Shown: piece after piece, positions 13,748 through 25,800 of the stretch
Layout of the letters: every line of letters starts with the position of its first letter
Position numbering within the stretch: the stretch's first letter is position 1
NCBI GenBank assembly: GCA_013239625.1
Contig: MU053594.1
Span: 1,086,536 to 1,150,535 of the forward strand
Direction of reading: 5' to 3'
DNA from: Lama guanicoe
Taxonomy: Eukaryota
DNA: 64,000 nt
The notes under the pieces: generated by a model
Told to the model about the DNA's origin: nothing
The model's input: the letters and a program-made list of their open reading frames with translations, nothing else
The model's database searches: none
Program-made: the position numbers and the translations under genes

Positions 13748-14382
13748 GGTAAACTCCAAATCACCTGAATAGCCTGATGCTTTCCAAGGAAACAAAAGTC
13801 CTCATTGTAAACCAGGCTGAGAATTCTAAAATTTTGCTAAAGATGCCAGGAACGTGTCCATTTCTTCTGTGAATATGTTTTTATACTTCTCATATGAGAG
13901 CTCAAGAAAAGCAGACTTAATACCAACATAGGGTCACATACTCCGCGTCGCTGCTGCAGCTCACGCTGATACACACACTCGACCTGGTGTGGCCGATGCT
14001 TCAAGCCACAATGCGCCCTCCTGCTCATTTCCCAGGTGTGACAGTCGTCTGTTACCTTTCTTTATCCTCCTCCCATTATTTCTCATCTGAACTCACATTT
14101 CCTGGCAAGCTTCCACGGCATTTTAGGCAATCCCACTAAAGCGTTCACAGTAGGCTTGAATGGCCGGTAGAATTAACCTGGGCCCTCTCGGGGTTTTTAA
14201 ATTCGCATTTTAAAAGAAAGCTTTTTAATCTGAATAGACCTCTAATTTGTTGCTTTGAGACTGAGAAAATGCACTTTCCAGACCTCTCTGGAATAAGGCT
14301 AGGCTAAACCTTGGCTGCCCTCTGCCATTTTAACCGGTACCTCTGTCCCTGCCTCCACCCCCAACACCCACATTGTTCCCTG

Positions 14383-14830
14383 TGAAACAGGAGACAAGGG
14401 GGCAGGGCACAACCATTAAAGGAATGACCCAGCAATTGAGGCTGGAACATAAACTGGTTAAAACCCAACTAGGCCCAAGATAGCAGGAGATTCAATTCCC
14501 AACAGACCTTGAGGCCCAAGATGGCAGAAGACTTGACTTCCAGTAGACCTTGAGCTTCATTGTACACTCATTATAATATATTAGCATGTTAAATAGCACC
14601 CCCACTGGCGCCATGACAGCTCCAAGGCTGACCATAAAAGGTCAAAAGGTCAAAAGGTGGGCAGTGGCACAATTTCTGGGAAACTCCGCCCCTTCCTCAA
14701 AGAAGTTGGAATTATCCTCTCACTTGTTAGCATATGAAATTACCAAGGTCATAAAAGCTGACAACCCCGCACCTCAGGGTCCCTCTGTCTTGCCTTCTGA
14801 GGTGACTCTGTCCACGGAGTGTGCATCTCC
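14383..14830 (+). mobile_element. ERV1 LTR, MER41-like (artiodactyl MER41 group)
   Basis: Starts tgaaacaggagacaagggggcagggcacaacc; contains cccaagatggc, ctcattataatatattagcatg and cacccccactggcgccatgacag, as in MER41-type LTRs (recalled); 3' boundary uncertain. Confidence 0.75.
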
Positions 14831-14849
14831 TCCTTTAACCACCGCCACA

Positions 14850-15262
14850 CTTCCTGGCAGATCCCACTTTCCGAGACAACCCCAGGCTGTGGCCCTCCTT
14901 CCACACGTACCTCTCACTTTCTGCCCAGGCTTCTCCGATTTGAGGTACCTGTAGGTGCAGCCTGGACATGAGGTGCATCAGGACCCCAGGGGCAGCCTCT
15001 GACCAGTGGGGGATGGAGCCGGTGGGTAGATGCTCTTCTGTCTTTCACTTGGTTGATCCTGAGGCACATTGCACCTCGTTGTCCAGAATCCTGGTGGGAT
15101 GGAACCCCCATGACTCATGGAGGTGACCCGACTCGAGAACTCACCTTTGAATCAGCTTTCCCTCCTCCTGTGTTTTTCTCTCTCTCCAGTTTCCCACTCC
15201 TGTTTCCTTGGACCACTTATCAAAAAAGTCTACCTGCTTTCAGAGGAACCCAGGCTAAAACA
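14850..15262 (+). mobile_element. ERVL LTR16-family LTR
   Basis: ccccaggggcagcctctgaccagtgggggatggagccggtgggtagatg...ttcccactcctgtttccttggaccact...tgctttcagaggaacccaggctaaaaca resembles the LTR16 3' half and terminus. Confidence 0.6.
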
Positions 15263-15569
15263 GTGCCAAAGCCAACGTGCCTTCACCTGGCCATTTGCCT
15301 TTGTACGGCTCAGGGAAGAATGAACATGTTTACTGATGACTTTATAAAGCAGACATTTGTCAGAGTATTTATAAACAATCAAGATAAGTCCAGCTGTTTG
15401 AAATTTAATGCAATGAGCGTTTACTGCAGTTTACTTAGTGCCAAGTACGCAGCTGGGCTTTGGGCAGACAGTGGTGAATGATCCTGCCCTCAACATTGTG
15501 CAGCCCAGTGTGTGTGGCTCCAATCTTCACCCCAAAAAAGGAAAGGTAAGCAGATCTCCAGCTGCACTA

Positions 15570-15775
15570 AGATTTAAGAGCATGGATGCCTAAGGCAGGC
15601 TGCCTGAATTCACTTCCTCACCCATTACTTCCTGGCTGGTTAAATTACCTAATCTCACCAAGCCTCAGTTTCCTGCTCTGTGAAATGCAGACACCTTCTC
15701 AGAGTGATCTTGAAGACAAAATGGGAAACATGTATGTGATGGTCTCGTTATGTTGCCTGACACATAGCAGGTAGG
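15570..15775 (+). mobile_element. MIR SINE
   Basis: ttaagagcatggatg...ctgcctgaattc...aagcctcagtttcctgctctgtgaaatg...tgcctgacacatagcagg. Confidence 0.75.
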
Positions 15776-17217
15776 CAGCCAAGTCTAGCTCTGCAAGGAG
15801 GTGTTGATTTCCACCGGGTGTGTGAGTGTGGTTCTGGGCATTGACTTTAAACGGGAGGAGGTGGGGAGGAGGCACGTGAAGAGGGTGTATCTCTCTGCCC
15901 AACCTGGGTGCAGTCTTAATATTAGGAACATAAAAAGGAGAATTCAGCTAAGATAAATGTTACCATGACTAATTATCTTAACAGATGTTCAAGATATTGG
16001 CCACTTTTTTATTCAAGCAATTTATATCATGTTCTATGTTCTGAAAGTACTGCATTATGTTTACACAGTTAGAAGCCTTATGTAGGATGGCAAATGCCTT
16101 CTTCAATGTTGGAAATAATTTTAACTAAAAAAATTTGCATTTTCGTACAGTTTGTGCCACACTTTGACTAGTTTTGTTTGAACAACACCTTCCTCTGTCT
16201 AATTATCCTAGTCAGTCAAAAGTTCCTTATACCGTCTCCTACTTATAATGTGTGGCTAATTCTAGGGTGTCTCTGGGAAACTTCTTGTCAGCAACTTTGT
16301 TAGAGACAGTTAAGGAGAAAGGAGGAGCTTCTACATTGAAGGATGAAAAGGGATAGATTAGTTTGGGAGAAAGGAGATTTTGTCTGGATTCAAGCAGTAG
16401 AGCTAAAGAGGCCAGTGTCCTCCCCCCGCCAAGAAAGGAGGTGTCTATCTGTGGGCTAAAGAAGCCATCTTGGACATGTCCTGTCCCTTCTCCCATTCTC
16501 CTAGACACCTGCACCTGCCATCGGGTGCTTTGACAGCTCCCTCTCACACCAAGTCTTCAGTTCTTCTCTGAAAGGTTTCACATTGTGCCAGCAAAACTGG
16601 AAGGCAGACAATCTTCCTTTGCTTCTGCCCACTCCCATTTCTGCACTCCTATCCAAGCTACTTTTCTCTCCAGGCAACAGTGAAGATATTTTTGGCCAAG
16701 GAGGACATTCCCAGAATTCTGCCAGATGAACAGATGAGGGGTGGGCCAGAGGAAGGGATGGGTTGGTGGGGCTGACATGAGGGACATCTCTCAGTGTCCT
16801 TCTGGATTACAGGCAACTGGAAGTCTCAAAAAGTCTCTTCCTTCCCAGAGTCTCTGATTGGCTTTTAAAAAGACTCCCAGTACCCCATGAAATGAACCAG
16901 AGAGTCAGTGTAACCAGATGATTCCCCTTCAGATAAATGGTTTGTTGTAACATTTGTAGGTGTAAGGAGATTTATTAACTCATAATTTTATTAAGTAGCA
17001 ACGTATGAGTAAATGTTTTAATAAGGTCACTAATTCCATTACAGTATGTTGTGTTTAATAGCCTTTAAAGGTGAAATAATATTATCAGCTCCTAGTTACT
17101 ATCCTCCAATTTTCTGTAGACTTAGTGAGGGGTTTTCTAGAAGTCCAATTCTCCCTCACCCCCACACCCCATTCCTGCCCCCACTACTTCTATAGAGCTT
17201 TGCTGCATTCAAGACAA

Positions 17218-17472
17218 TATACAGTGTAGTGGTTCAGAATTGACATTCTTGGATAAGAACAATTAAAATTAGAATCCTAGCTAAACTACTCAATATCCAT
17301 GTGACCTGGGAAGAGTTCTCTACCCTGGCTAAGCCTCAAGATGCTCACCTATAAAATGGGATCATGATCCTACCTCATACAATTCACCCGAAGGTTGGAT
17401 GAGACCATTAATGCATGTGCAATGTTAACACAGTGTCTGGAAGGCAGTATGGCTAACTAAATATTAGCTATC
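17218..17472 (+). mobile_element. MIR SINE
   Basis: agtgtagtggttcagaa...atgtgacctgggaag...aagcctcaagatgctcacctataaaatgggatcatgatcctacctcata. Confidence 0.75.
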
Positions 17473-17474
17473 AT

Positions 17475-17941
17475 ATTAGTTCTATGTTGCTGTGGGACAA
17501 ACTACCCCAAATTAATCTGGGCACAACTATCATCAATGTGTTAGCTGGGCTGCAGCCTCATCTGCAGGCTTGACCAAAAGAAGATCTATTTGCAAGCTCG
17601 CTCACATGGTTATTGGTAAGAATCTAGTCCCCGTGGGCTGCTGTTGGCTGGAGAACTTCCTCCTTTCCTTGACGTGTAGGTTTCTCCATGGTGCAGCTCA
17701 AACATGGCAGATGGCTTCCATCAAGAGTGAGCAAGCAAGAGGGCAAGAGAGGGCCAGCAAGACAGAGGACATAGTCTCTTTGTAACTTAATCTTTTGAGT
17801 GGTGTCCCATTAGTTTTGCCATATTCTATTCATTAGAAATAAGTAATTAGGTCTAGACTACATTTAAGGGGGAAAGGTCTTACAAGGGTGTGGACATTAA
17901 GGGTAGTGATCATTAGGAGTTATTTTAGAAGTGGCCCACAC
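17475..17941 (-). mobile_element. MaLR solo LTR (MLT1 family)
   Basis: tattagttctatgttgctg...acaaactaccccaaa; aagctcgctcacatggttattgg; ttttgccatattctattcattagaa. Confidence 0.75.
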
Positions 17942-19399
17942 AGCCATCATCATTATTATTGTTGAAGTAACTTATCATATAATGTATCACATTTTATCAT
18001 CTCTACTTGAAAACCTTCCTTGGTTCCCCTTTGTTTATCAGATAAAATTCACATGCCTTGCATAGCAAGTAAGACTTTGCAGTCCAGTTCACTCTTCCTC
18101 TTCCAGGTTTTTTTCCCAGCCAGTCCCCACTGATCCCTTTAGTCTACTCCACCCTCCTTTCTCATATTGTCCAAACATGCCAGGTTCTAAGAGCTCCCAA
18201 GTGGTTCCCTCTGATTCACAATGATATTCCAGGAGATTTATGTCATTGAAAGAGATGATGGTGTCTGTTTCAATTCCTAATTTTTTAGAAAAAATAATCA
18301 CAGGAAATTATTTGCATATTTTTCCCTTTCACAACAGAAGAGGAGAGCTTTTAAGTATGTAGTAGATGAGCATGTGACGTCTAAATGTCAAAAGAGGTTG
18401 AGCATATATATTCATTCCTCTGTGATTGGCTGGGCTGTTGTCTCTCTGTTCTGTTTGATGAACTCATACGAATCCTTCAGAGTCACGCTTAGATGTCATC
18501 TTTTTTTGGTGAACACTTATCTAAGCTCCTCAAGACTTACCTCTTCCCCTTCCTCTTATCTGTTTCCCCCATAGCATTTTGGGTTATCCCCTCTTAGAGA
18601 TCTTTTGTTGTAGACAACGTGTATAGAAAGTGTTTCTTACTATACAGAATCCTAGGATCCCACGCGGTGCTGGGGACCGGGGTAGGGGTGAGCTCATTTC
18701 TTATAGGGTACTCTTTTCAGTTTATTTTACCTGCCCTGCCCACACCCCCCTGCTATGGAGGCTCCTTTTATTCTTTTCTGCTCGTGGACCATGTTGCTCA
18801 AGACATTCGTGCCTGCTCTGGGGATGAGCCCTTGTCTCAAGGGCAATTCGCCTCCGGGCAGGAGTGCTGGACCTGTCCTATTAGGTAACGTGTCCAAGTT
18901 CATCAGCCAGCAAGTAGTGGAGCTGGGATTCAAACCCTGATAGTGTCGCTGCATGGCCCGTGCTTTTATTGTCTGCACTGCACAGCTACAAACGCCGGCA
19001 GGAGAATTAACTGTTGAAGCATCTCTTGTAGTCAGCCCTTTGGGTTCCGACAGGTGCTTCAAAGGCATGAACAAAACATGAGATTTTTCCATGCTTCAAA
19101 ACTGTTTGAAAACCAATGTGGAGTCAAAAATGCTTCCGTAAGGAGCACTTACCAGCAATTCTTACTGTCCCTGTCAATCACTCACGAACTCTCTCTCTTT
19201 CTCCCTGCATCTTTCTGCAACGATGCATTTACCTATGTTGGGTCACTATTTTTTTTTTTTTGCCTTCAAAAGTGCCCTTGTGCCTGGGGTTTACTATATA
19301 GTTTATTACATATTTGTCTCTTGATTACACATTCTAACCTTCCTATATAGTGAAGTCTTCCTCTACTTCTATAAAAACAGACAATTCAGAATGGAAATG

Positions 19400-19879
19400 G
19401 ACCTCTTATGTTGTCATTGCCAGGCACCCTGATTCCCTTGGGAATGGTACTTCTCCCACGCCGAAGGATCCTGGTGGGCTACACATCAAGGTGCCTGAAT
19501 CCAACCCCCACTTACAGGCATAGACTCATGATCCAATCCATGACCTGTGACCCACGACCACGCCCATCTGTACGGCATTGATTGTAGGAGTGAGCACAAG
19601 GCAGAAGCCAACCAGTCAGAATTACCTGGATTGACAAACAGAAGTTGGGAAAAAGAAATTCCCTGATTGTTAAGCTGGGAATAAATAAATTTGCTACTGG
19701 GGGGAGCCGTCTCTCTGTCAGGTGGAGAGAGCCTGGCTGCAGAAAGAAGCCAACAGTGTCTGATGCTAGATTCACCCTTGCAATTCCCAGCTGTGTAGGC
19801 TAATTGATTACCATTTATCCCTAAAACTAGTTAGAATTGAGTTTTAATCATTTGATAGCCTAAAGTCTTGATTGGTATA
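19400..19879 (+). mobile_element. MaLR solo LTR (MLT1J/K-like)
   Basis: 3' end aaactagttagaattgagttttaatcatttgatagcctaaagtcttgattggtata resembles an MLT1 terminus; 5' boundary uncertain. Confidence 0.55.
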
Positions 19880-19927
19880 GAGGTCAGGAATGATGAGTCA
19901 GTTTCAACTCGCTTGCAAACTGACACA

Positions 19928-20130
19928 GGAGTTGCCAGATAAAATACAGGATTCCCAGCTCCTTTTGAATTTCAGATAAATAATGAATAATTTTTAGTAA
20001 AATAGTTTTTACATACATATATATCCTGGATAGTACATGGGACATGCATATGCTAAAATGTTACTCTATTGTTTATTTAAAATTCAAAAGTCACCATGCA
20101 CCCTATATTTTTATTCCCTAAATAAATAGC
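19928..20130. mobile_element. MER53-like palindromic hAT MITE
   Basis: gttgccagataaaatacagga...tttgaatttcagataaataatgaataatttttagta...ttgtttatttaaaattcaaa; imperfect inverted symmetry. Confidence 0.8.
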
Positions 20131-20344
20131 AGTAGTGGTTGCTTGTAACATTGTGTTGAGGGTTGTGAGGCCAAGTTTAGTCTCCTGGGGAAAGATCGAT
20201 GAATGATGTTTGCTATGTATATGGAAGTAGAGAGAGGCAGCAAGAATTCCATGCATATACCATTCCTGGTTTATCCCAAGTGTTTAGAAATCTTCTGCAG
20301 CCTTAGGTGATGCAATGTATTTTAATAATAATATAAATAGTGGT

Positions 20345-20545
20345 AGCCACCGTTTATTGAGTCCTTTTACTCTAAGAGTCTTACGCATGTCATCTAATTG
20401 AATCCTCATGGCAGTATTTGATTGGCTGTATTTCACAACTGAGACCCAGAGAAGTTACAGTTTTCACAGACCGTATAAATGCCAGAGCTGAGATTCAAAC
20501 CCGTGTCTATCCGACACCAAAGCCGGTGCTTTATCCGATTCATCA
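20345..20545 (-). mobile_element. MIR SINE
   Basis: gtttattgag...catctaattgaatcctca...aactgagacccagagaagtta...gccagagctgagattcaaaccc. Confidence 0.7.
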
Positions 20546-23500
20546 TTCTGCAGGAGGCAAATATTGTCCTAACAGCACAGAAGAGGAAGTCATCTTAAAA
20601 TGCTATTTTGCAAATTGCTATATAAACACTTATAAATCCAGTTCTTGGCCCAAAATGGTAAACTGTCCTTTCACGACAAAGAGCAGCAATTCAACAACAA
20701 ATTGAAGTCTCGTATGAGGCGGTATTTTGGCAAACAGATTTCAACAGTTGACACCAGAGGAGTGCCAATTTGTGAAAACTGACTTTGGACTATAAATAAC
20801 TATGTGAAACCAGCATCATGACAAGGTGGAGGGGGATCTGTTTAATGGTTAGCAGGGGGCTTGATGAGACCCGCATCAAATTTAGAGTCGGTCGTTTGTG
20901 GGGCCAGGAGCTTATGGTTCTCAGTTGTCTGCATGAGCTGATTTGTACAAAAGCCTTTGTGATTTGGTAGATGGAGGGGGAAGACAGTATGTGTGTTTGA
21001 AAGTGTGTGTAGTTTTTCTTTTTTTAACTTTTCATGTATTTGATGTTCAATGTTTTTTAAGCTAGAATGTAAGAGGGAGACAGTAGATGGGCAACAGTGC
21101 AGGAGATGGGACAGGATGCCATCTATTCTCTATTTTGTTTCTTGGACACAAGGCAGGAGAGATAGAAGCTGAAGGCAAATTCTGCGGTATGGGCACAAGC
21201 AATGCTATTTCAGGCCTGGTGGATGGGAGGGGCACGGAGCCGTGGAAAGCTATGGTTTCCATGCTGGCGGGCTGCCCTGCACCTCTCTGGGATCTTCAGG
21301 ACCAAAGGCTTGGGACTCCTTTAAAGGCAGCACTTCGGGCCTGAACATTTTCGTTCTTAGGAAAGGTTTGATTAGCCCTTGCAATGGCATGACTTCCAGA
21401 AGCTATTGGCTGTGCAGAGAACACTGATGATGACTGAGCATCTAGTGATGGGTGATGAGGTTGACAGAGAAGTTTCTGAGCACAGGCCCATGGCAACTCT
21501 TAGAAACACCTGGGGGCCTTCCCGGGAGGACTGGAGGCCCATGTGAGCAGGAAGTCTTGAACCATCAGGGGTAATGGGGTATCTTCTGTACCTATGGACC
21601 ACTAAGGCCTGGGGCACCCAGTTACCAAGCATGAAGATGAACTGGAAAGAAAGGATAGGATAAATAAAAGGAGTTCAGGCAAAAATAGAGGCTTCAGTGA
21701 CCTCAACAAAGACAAGGGACTCTCAATGCTGGGTGAAGGCAATTCCCATCCAATGAAGGGAAAGCGACGTCTAAGAGGGAAATACAGTTTCCTTTCCTCT
21801 TACCTGGTCCGGGGAGGAAGAGCTCTCCTCATCTCCCTTAACATGTGTTTCGAAATCCACAGAGTGGTGCCGGCGGTGGGCTCTTCTCCCAGTGACAGCT
21901 GGGGCTTGGTGACCAGGTATCAGGAGTCCCTCCCAGTGTCCCTTTCCTTTTGCTTCTTCTTGTAAGATCGCCGTCACATTTCACGTGCTCTGTGTCAGGA
22001 CAGCAAGGCACATTCTGAGGTCGAAGTTGCCACTAACCTTCCTCCACCATTGCAGGTTTTCCTTGGAGGATTTTTATTTTATGACTTGGGATCTTATGAA
22101 CAGGATGCATAAGGATAACAGTCCTTAATATATATTCTAAAGCTCTAATTTCCATGAAGGCTCTGCCTCCCCAAATATGGCCTGGCCTTGGCACCTGCCG
22201 GGCCGTGTCCTTTGAGACAGATGAGTTGCACACAACGGGCATTTCTGTGAAAGAAGAAAGGGGGGACTTAAATCAGCAAATAGCTCACTACACTCGGAGC
22301 CAATGTGGGTTTCTGCAGGCTTAAGAGGTGTCTTGGCATTTGCAACAGCAGGAACAAATGAAGAAGCGGGGCATTTCTTATGATTTAGAGCCACATCATG
22401 AGCAAAAATCATGTTTTTTCAAGGCGCCTTCTGGAAACATCTTACTTTTTCATCGTGACCTGCCAGCTTTCTGCAGATTTGATGCAAAGTCTCTACCTGA
22501 CATTGGAGGCCCCCAGATGCCAAAACGTTAGGCAGTTCCCTTCAACTTTCATGTCTTTCATGGTAAATAAGCCAATCTGTTCAAGGTTCCCTGAACCTCC
22601 TTGTTTCTGAGACTTTTCCTTCTACTGGGATGGTCAGTTCTCCCAACCCATGAAGGCCCAGTTCATGCCACTTTCTCCACTGGACCTTTCCTATGTGCAT
22701 GGCAGGAAATCCACTGCTCCTTCCTTGGAATTTCTGGAACAGTCTCTCAAGTGGGCCTGAACACTATTCAAGGGAACTGGAGGAAAAGGAACCAATGAAG
22801 TGGGTGGGCCAGAGATGTTCTGCAGAACTCTGTCCTTAAGTCCAAACCAGATCATTCCATGACTTTAGCCAACTCCTCCAGAAGTATGCGCTTTGCTTAG
22901 AAGGGAAAGCAAAGGAAGGGATGGGACCTTCTTAATAAAAACATGTTATTATTATCGGAACACAGAGACCAAGGAAACAGTCTCCAGAGCATCTCAGAGG
23001 CATCATTGCTCGGAGGGTCATGAAGGATAGTGGGTCAAGCCTGTACCAAATTTGGAATTAAAAGGCTTGCTCAACCCTTGACTTTCTTTACAACCCAAGC
23101 CAGTGGAAGCCCCATCCATCTTTTGTAATACTGGTCTAACAGGAGAGATTGAAGGGTCCCTCCCGTATTCACTACAGAAAACAACACTGTTTCTTTGGCC
23201 CAACTCAACATTGTCACCTTTTTAAGAAAGTTAGGAAGCCCCATCAACCGCCTCCTCCTTTACGATGCCTTTCTCTCTGCGGTGCTTCCCGCTCACCATC
23301 AGTTGGGGACTGGAGATTAAGTTAAATGAGTACTTAATGGGCTCTAAACGGCTCCGCTGTGGATTACACTATGGCGCTCAGTCTTGATTTAAATAGTCAG
23401 TTGGCTCGCCATTCTCCAGCGTGGTGATTTGTGCTTTGGCAGCCTTAGCCAATCCATAAGTAAACTGGTAGATTTCCCTGACACCGTAATCGGCCTTACT

Positions 23501-24394
23501 GTCTAGAGGCATCACACATTTTTCTTATACGTTGAATTAATATGGAGAAGCAGGATGCTTGATGGTTTCATTTGTTGTACCATTAACGAAACATGTAACA
23601 GATGTGAAACTCTGTCTTAGGAATGGAAACTGCATTACAAACTATTTATCTGCAGAAATCATGTCCTGAATGGAAGGCGGGAACAAAATGTAGTTGTTTT
23701 TTTTTTTTCTCTTGACAGTACTAGGTTAAACCATATTAAAAAACGCATTAAGCATAACATCTCCTGATGCAGTTAAATATAAAACACAATTTGTTCTCTT
23801 AGTTCTGCATAGTGTTAAAATCTTGTAAAATCAACAGTACTTTGGACCCACTTGTGTGTGGCTTTCACTTCCTTTTTTCCCAGGTAATTCCCAGGTAATT
23901 CACTGGAAGACAAGAGAATGAGAGAAACATATGTATTCTCTTACGTTCTCCCTGTAAAGACCAGGCTGGCAACGAAGTGTTGTAGGAGGAGAGAAAGTCA
24001 GCCAGAGAAACTTGGCAGCTGACTCCGGTACTGAGGGAACGTGTCCATCACCTTGATTTTCATCCTTTAATATGCAAAGGAAAACATGGCCCGCTAAACT
24101 CAAGAGGGAATATAAAACAGCCTTCTGAAGAAAGGCTTGGCAGGCCCACAAGGAGGGAGCTGTAAATTGCAATGCTTTCCTTGACTTGGATCGTGAGGAA
24201 AGCCGGAGAGATCGGGTACTCAGGTTTTGTTCTTGGACACAAGCACTCACCACCAGCATCTTTGTGTGGAAGACAGTGTAAAAGAGAAGTGGGAGGGAGG
24301 GAAGAGGTGCCTCAAGACATTCTGCAAACCATACCCTTCTGGCCCCTTCCCATAGCTGTCCTTAGTGGCTGCTCAAAGCGTTATCGGACATTAT

Positions 24395-24537
24395 GGGGGG
24401 AGGGCATAGCTCAGTGGTAGAGTGTGCACTTAGCACGCACAAGGTCCGGGGTTCAATCCCCAGTGCCTCCGTTAAAATAAGTATATAAGCCTAACTGCCC
24501 CCCAAAACAAAACAAAACAACAAAATGAGAAAAAAAA
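24395..24537 (+). mobile_element. tRNA-Ala-derived SINE (camelid Vic-1 type)
   Basis: ggggagggcatagctcagtggtagag...ggttcaatccccagtgcctcc head; 18-bp TSD aaagcgttat[c/t]ggacatt at 24375-24392 and 24535-24552. Confidence 0.93.
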
Positions 24538-25684
24538 GCGTTATTGGACATTCTGGACAAAAGGATGCAGGAACACGTCCCAGGTAGCACTCCCAAGTCC
24601 ATCGTGCTCGCTTTTCCTGGACTCCCATTCACAGAAATTGCCTTGACACTGTGTCTCTCCCCAGTCTGGTCTCAGGCATGGTACCGAACAACCGTGACCT
24701 GTTCATTTCACAAACAGACGATCCACGGCTTCCAGCCTCAGCCGCCAAGTCCAGCTCGGCCACCCCACAGTCCAGTTGGCGGCCCTTCCTGCTCCCTGGA
24801 CAGCGAGTCAGGACCACTCTCCTTCTCTGTGCAACCCGAGGACCTTTCACATGCCTGCGGTGCAGGATTTAAGCTTGTCTATCATAATGTACGTGAATCT
24901 GAACAAGATCTGTCCTTTAGTTGACAGTGCCATTGAAAACGCGGACTTCCAACTGCGTGTTTATCAGCATCTCCCACAACGCCTGGCACATAGTAGATGC
25001 TCAATAAAGAAGCATCGAGTGAATGTTTGAATGAATGATTATATTTTGGAGAGGAGCTTTTCCCCTACGTATCCATGCCCTCATAACACAAATGAGGGGA
25101 AGATGAGGTTTTCCAGGAAGCCTACTTACAGGAACCTCAGAACTGGTCTGGTGCCCAGAACCTTAAATCTTGGCCTTCTGTTTACAGTGAAGGGACCTAT
25201 ACACCAACAGGAAACACACTGGCTCATGAAGAGCCAAGGTCAAGGGTCTTTCCCTCTGGAAATACTTTTCATATTTCCCATCAAAATGGGTGATAATCTT
25301 AAAAAATACATAATTCATTTCAGTAAATAGTTTGACTTGGAGAAGGAAATCTGCACATGAGTCATTAAAAAAACTATTGTCTGTTACATGGTGGGTGCCG
25401 TGTGGGTGCTGGAAAGACGAAATCCCTTTGCGTCAGGAAATCATGACCCAATTGGGAAACAGACCTGTAAGTGGGATGGGCACGAGACCTCGCAGCGACA
25501 CGAAAAGACATTATTCTGATACGATACAATACATGCCCGAATAGAAAGGAACGTGATGCATTGCTAAGGCAGCCTGGAAGGGGCAGTCCTCGGAACCATA
25601 AAAAGTTGCCCCCGTGGAGGGGGGTACTTGAGCAAACAAATGGATGGTTAGTGTACTTCGGCTATATTAAACAGAAAAAAGCAA

Positions 25685-25800
25685 AGAAGGAAGGAAGGAG
25701 AGAGAGACAGAAAGTAAGAAAGGAAGGGAAGAAGGAAGGAGGGAAGGAAGGAAGGAAGGAAAAAGGAAGGAAGGAAGGAAGGGAGGGAGGGAGGAAAGAG
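25685..25800 (+). repeat. Imperfect (GGAA)n/(GGAG)n purine microsatellite
   Basis: Directly visible. Confidence 0.9.

Noticed and set aside
24395..24472. tRNA-Ala(AGC) genes (also 3820, 33664, 52880, 60494)
   Set aside because: Stems or anticodon loops are mutated, and each has an A-rich tail and TSD, so these are SINEs rather than tRNA genes.
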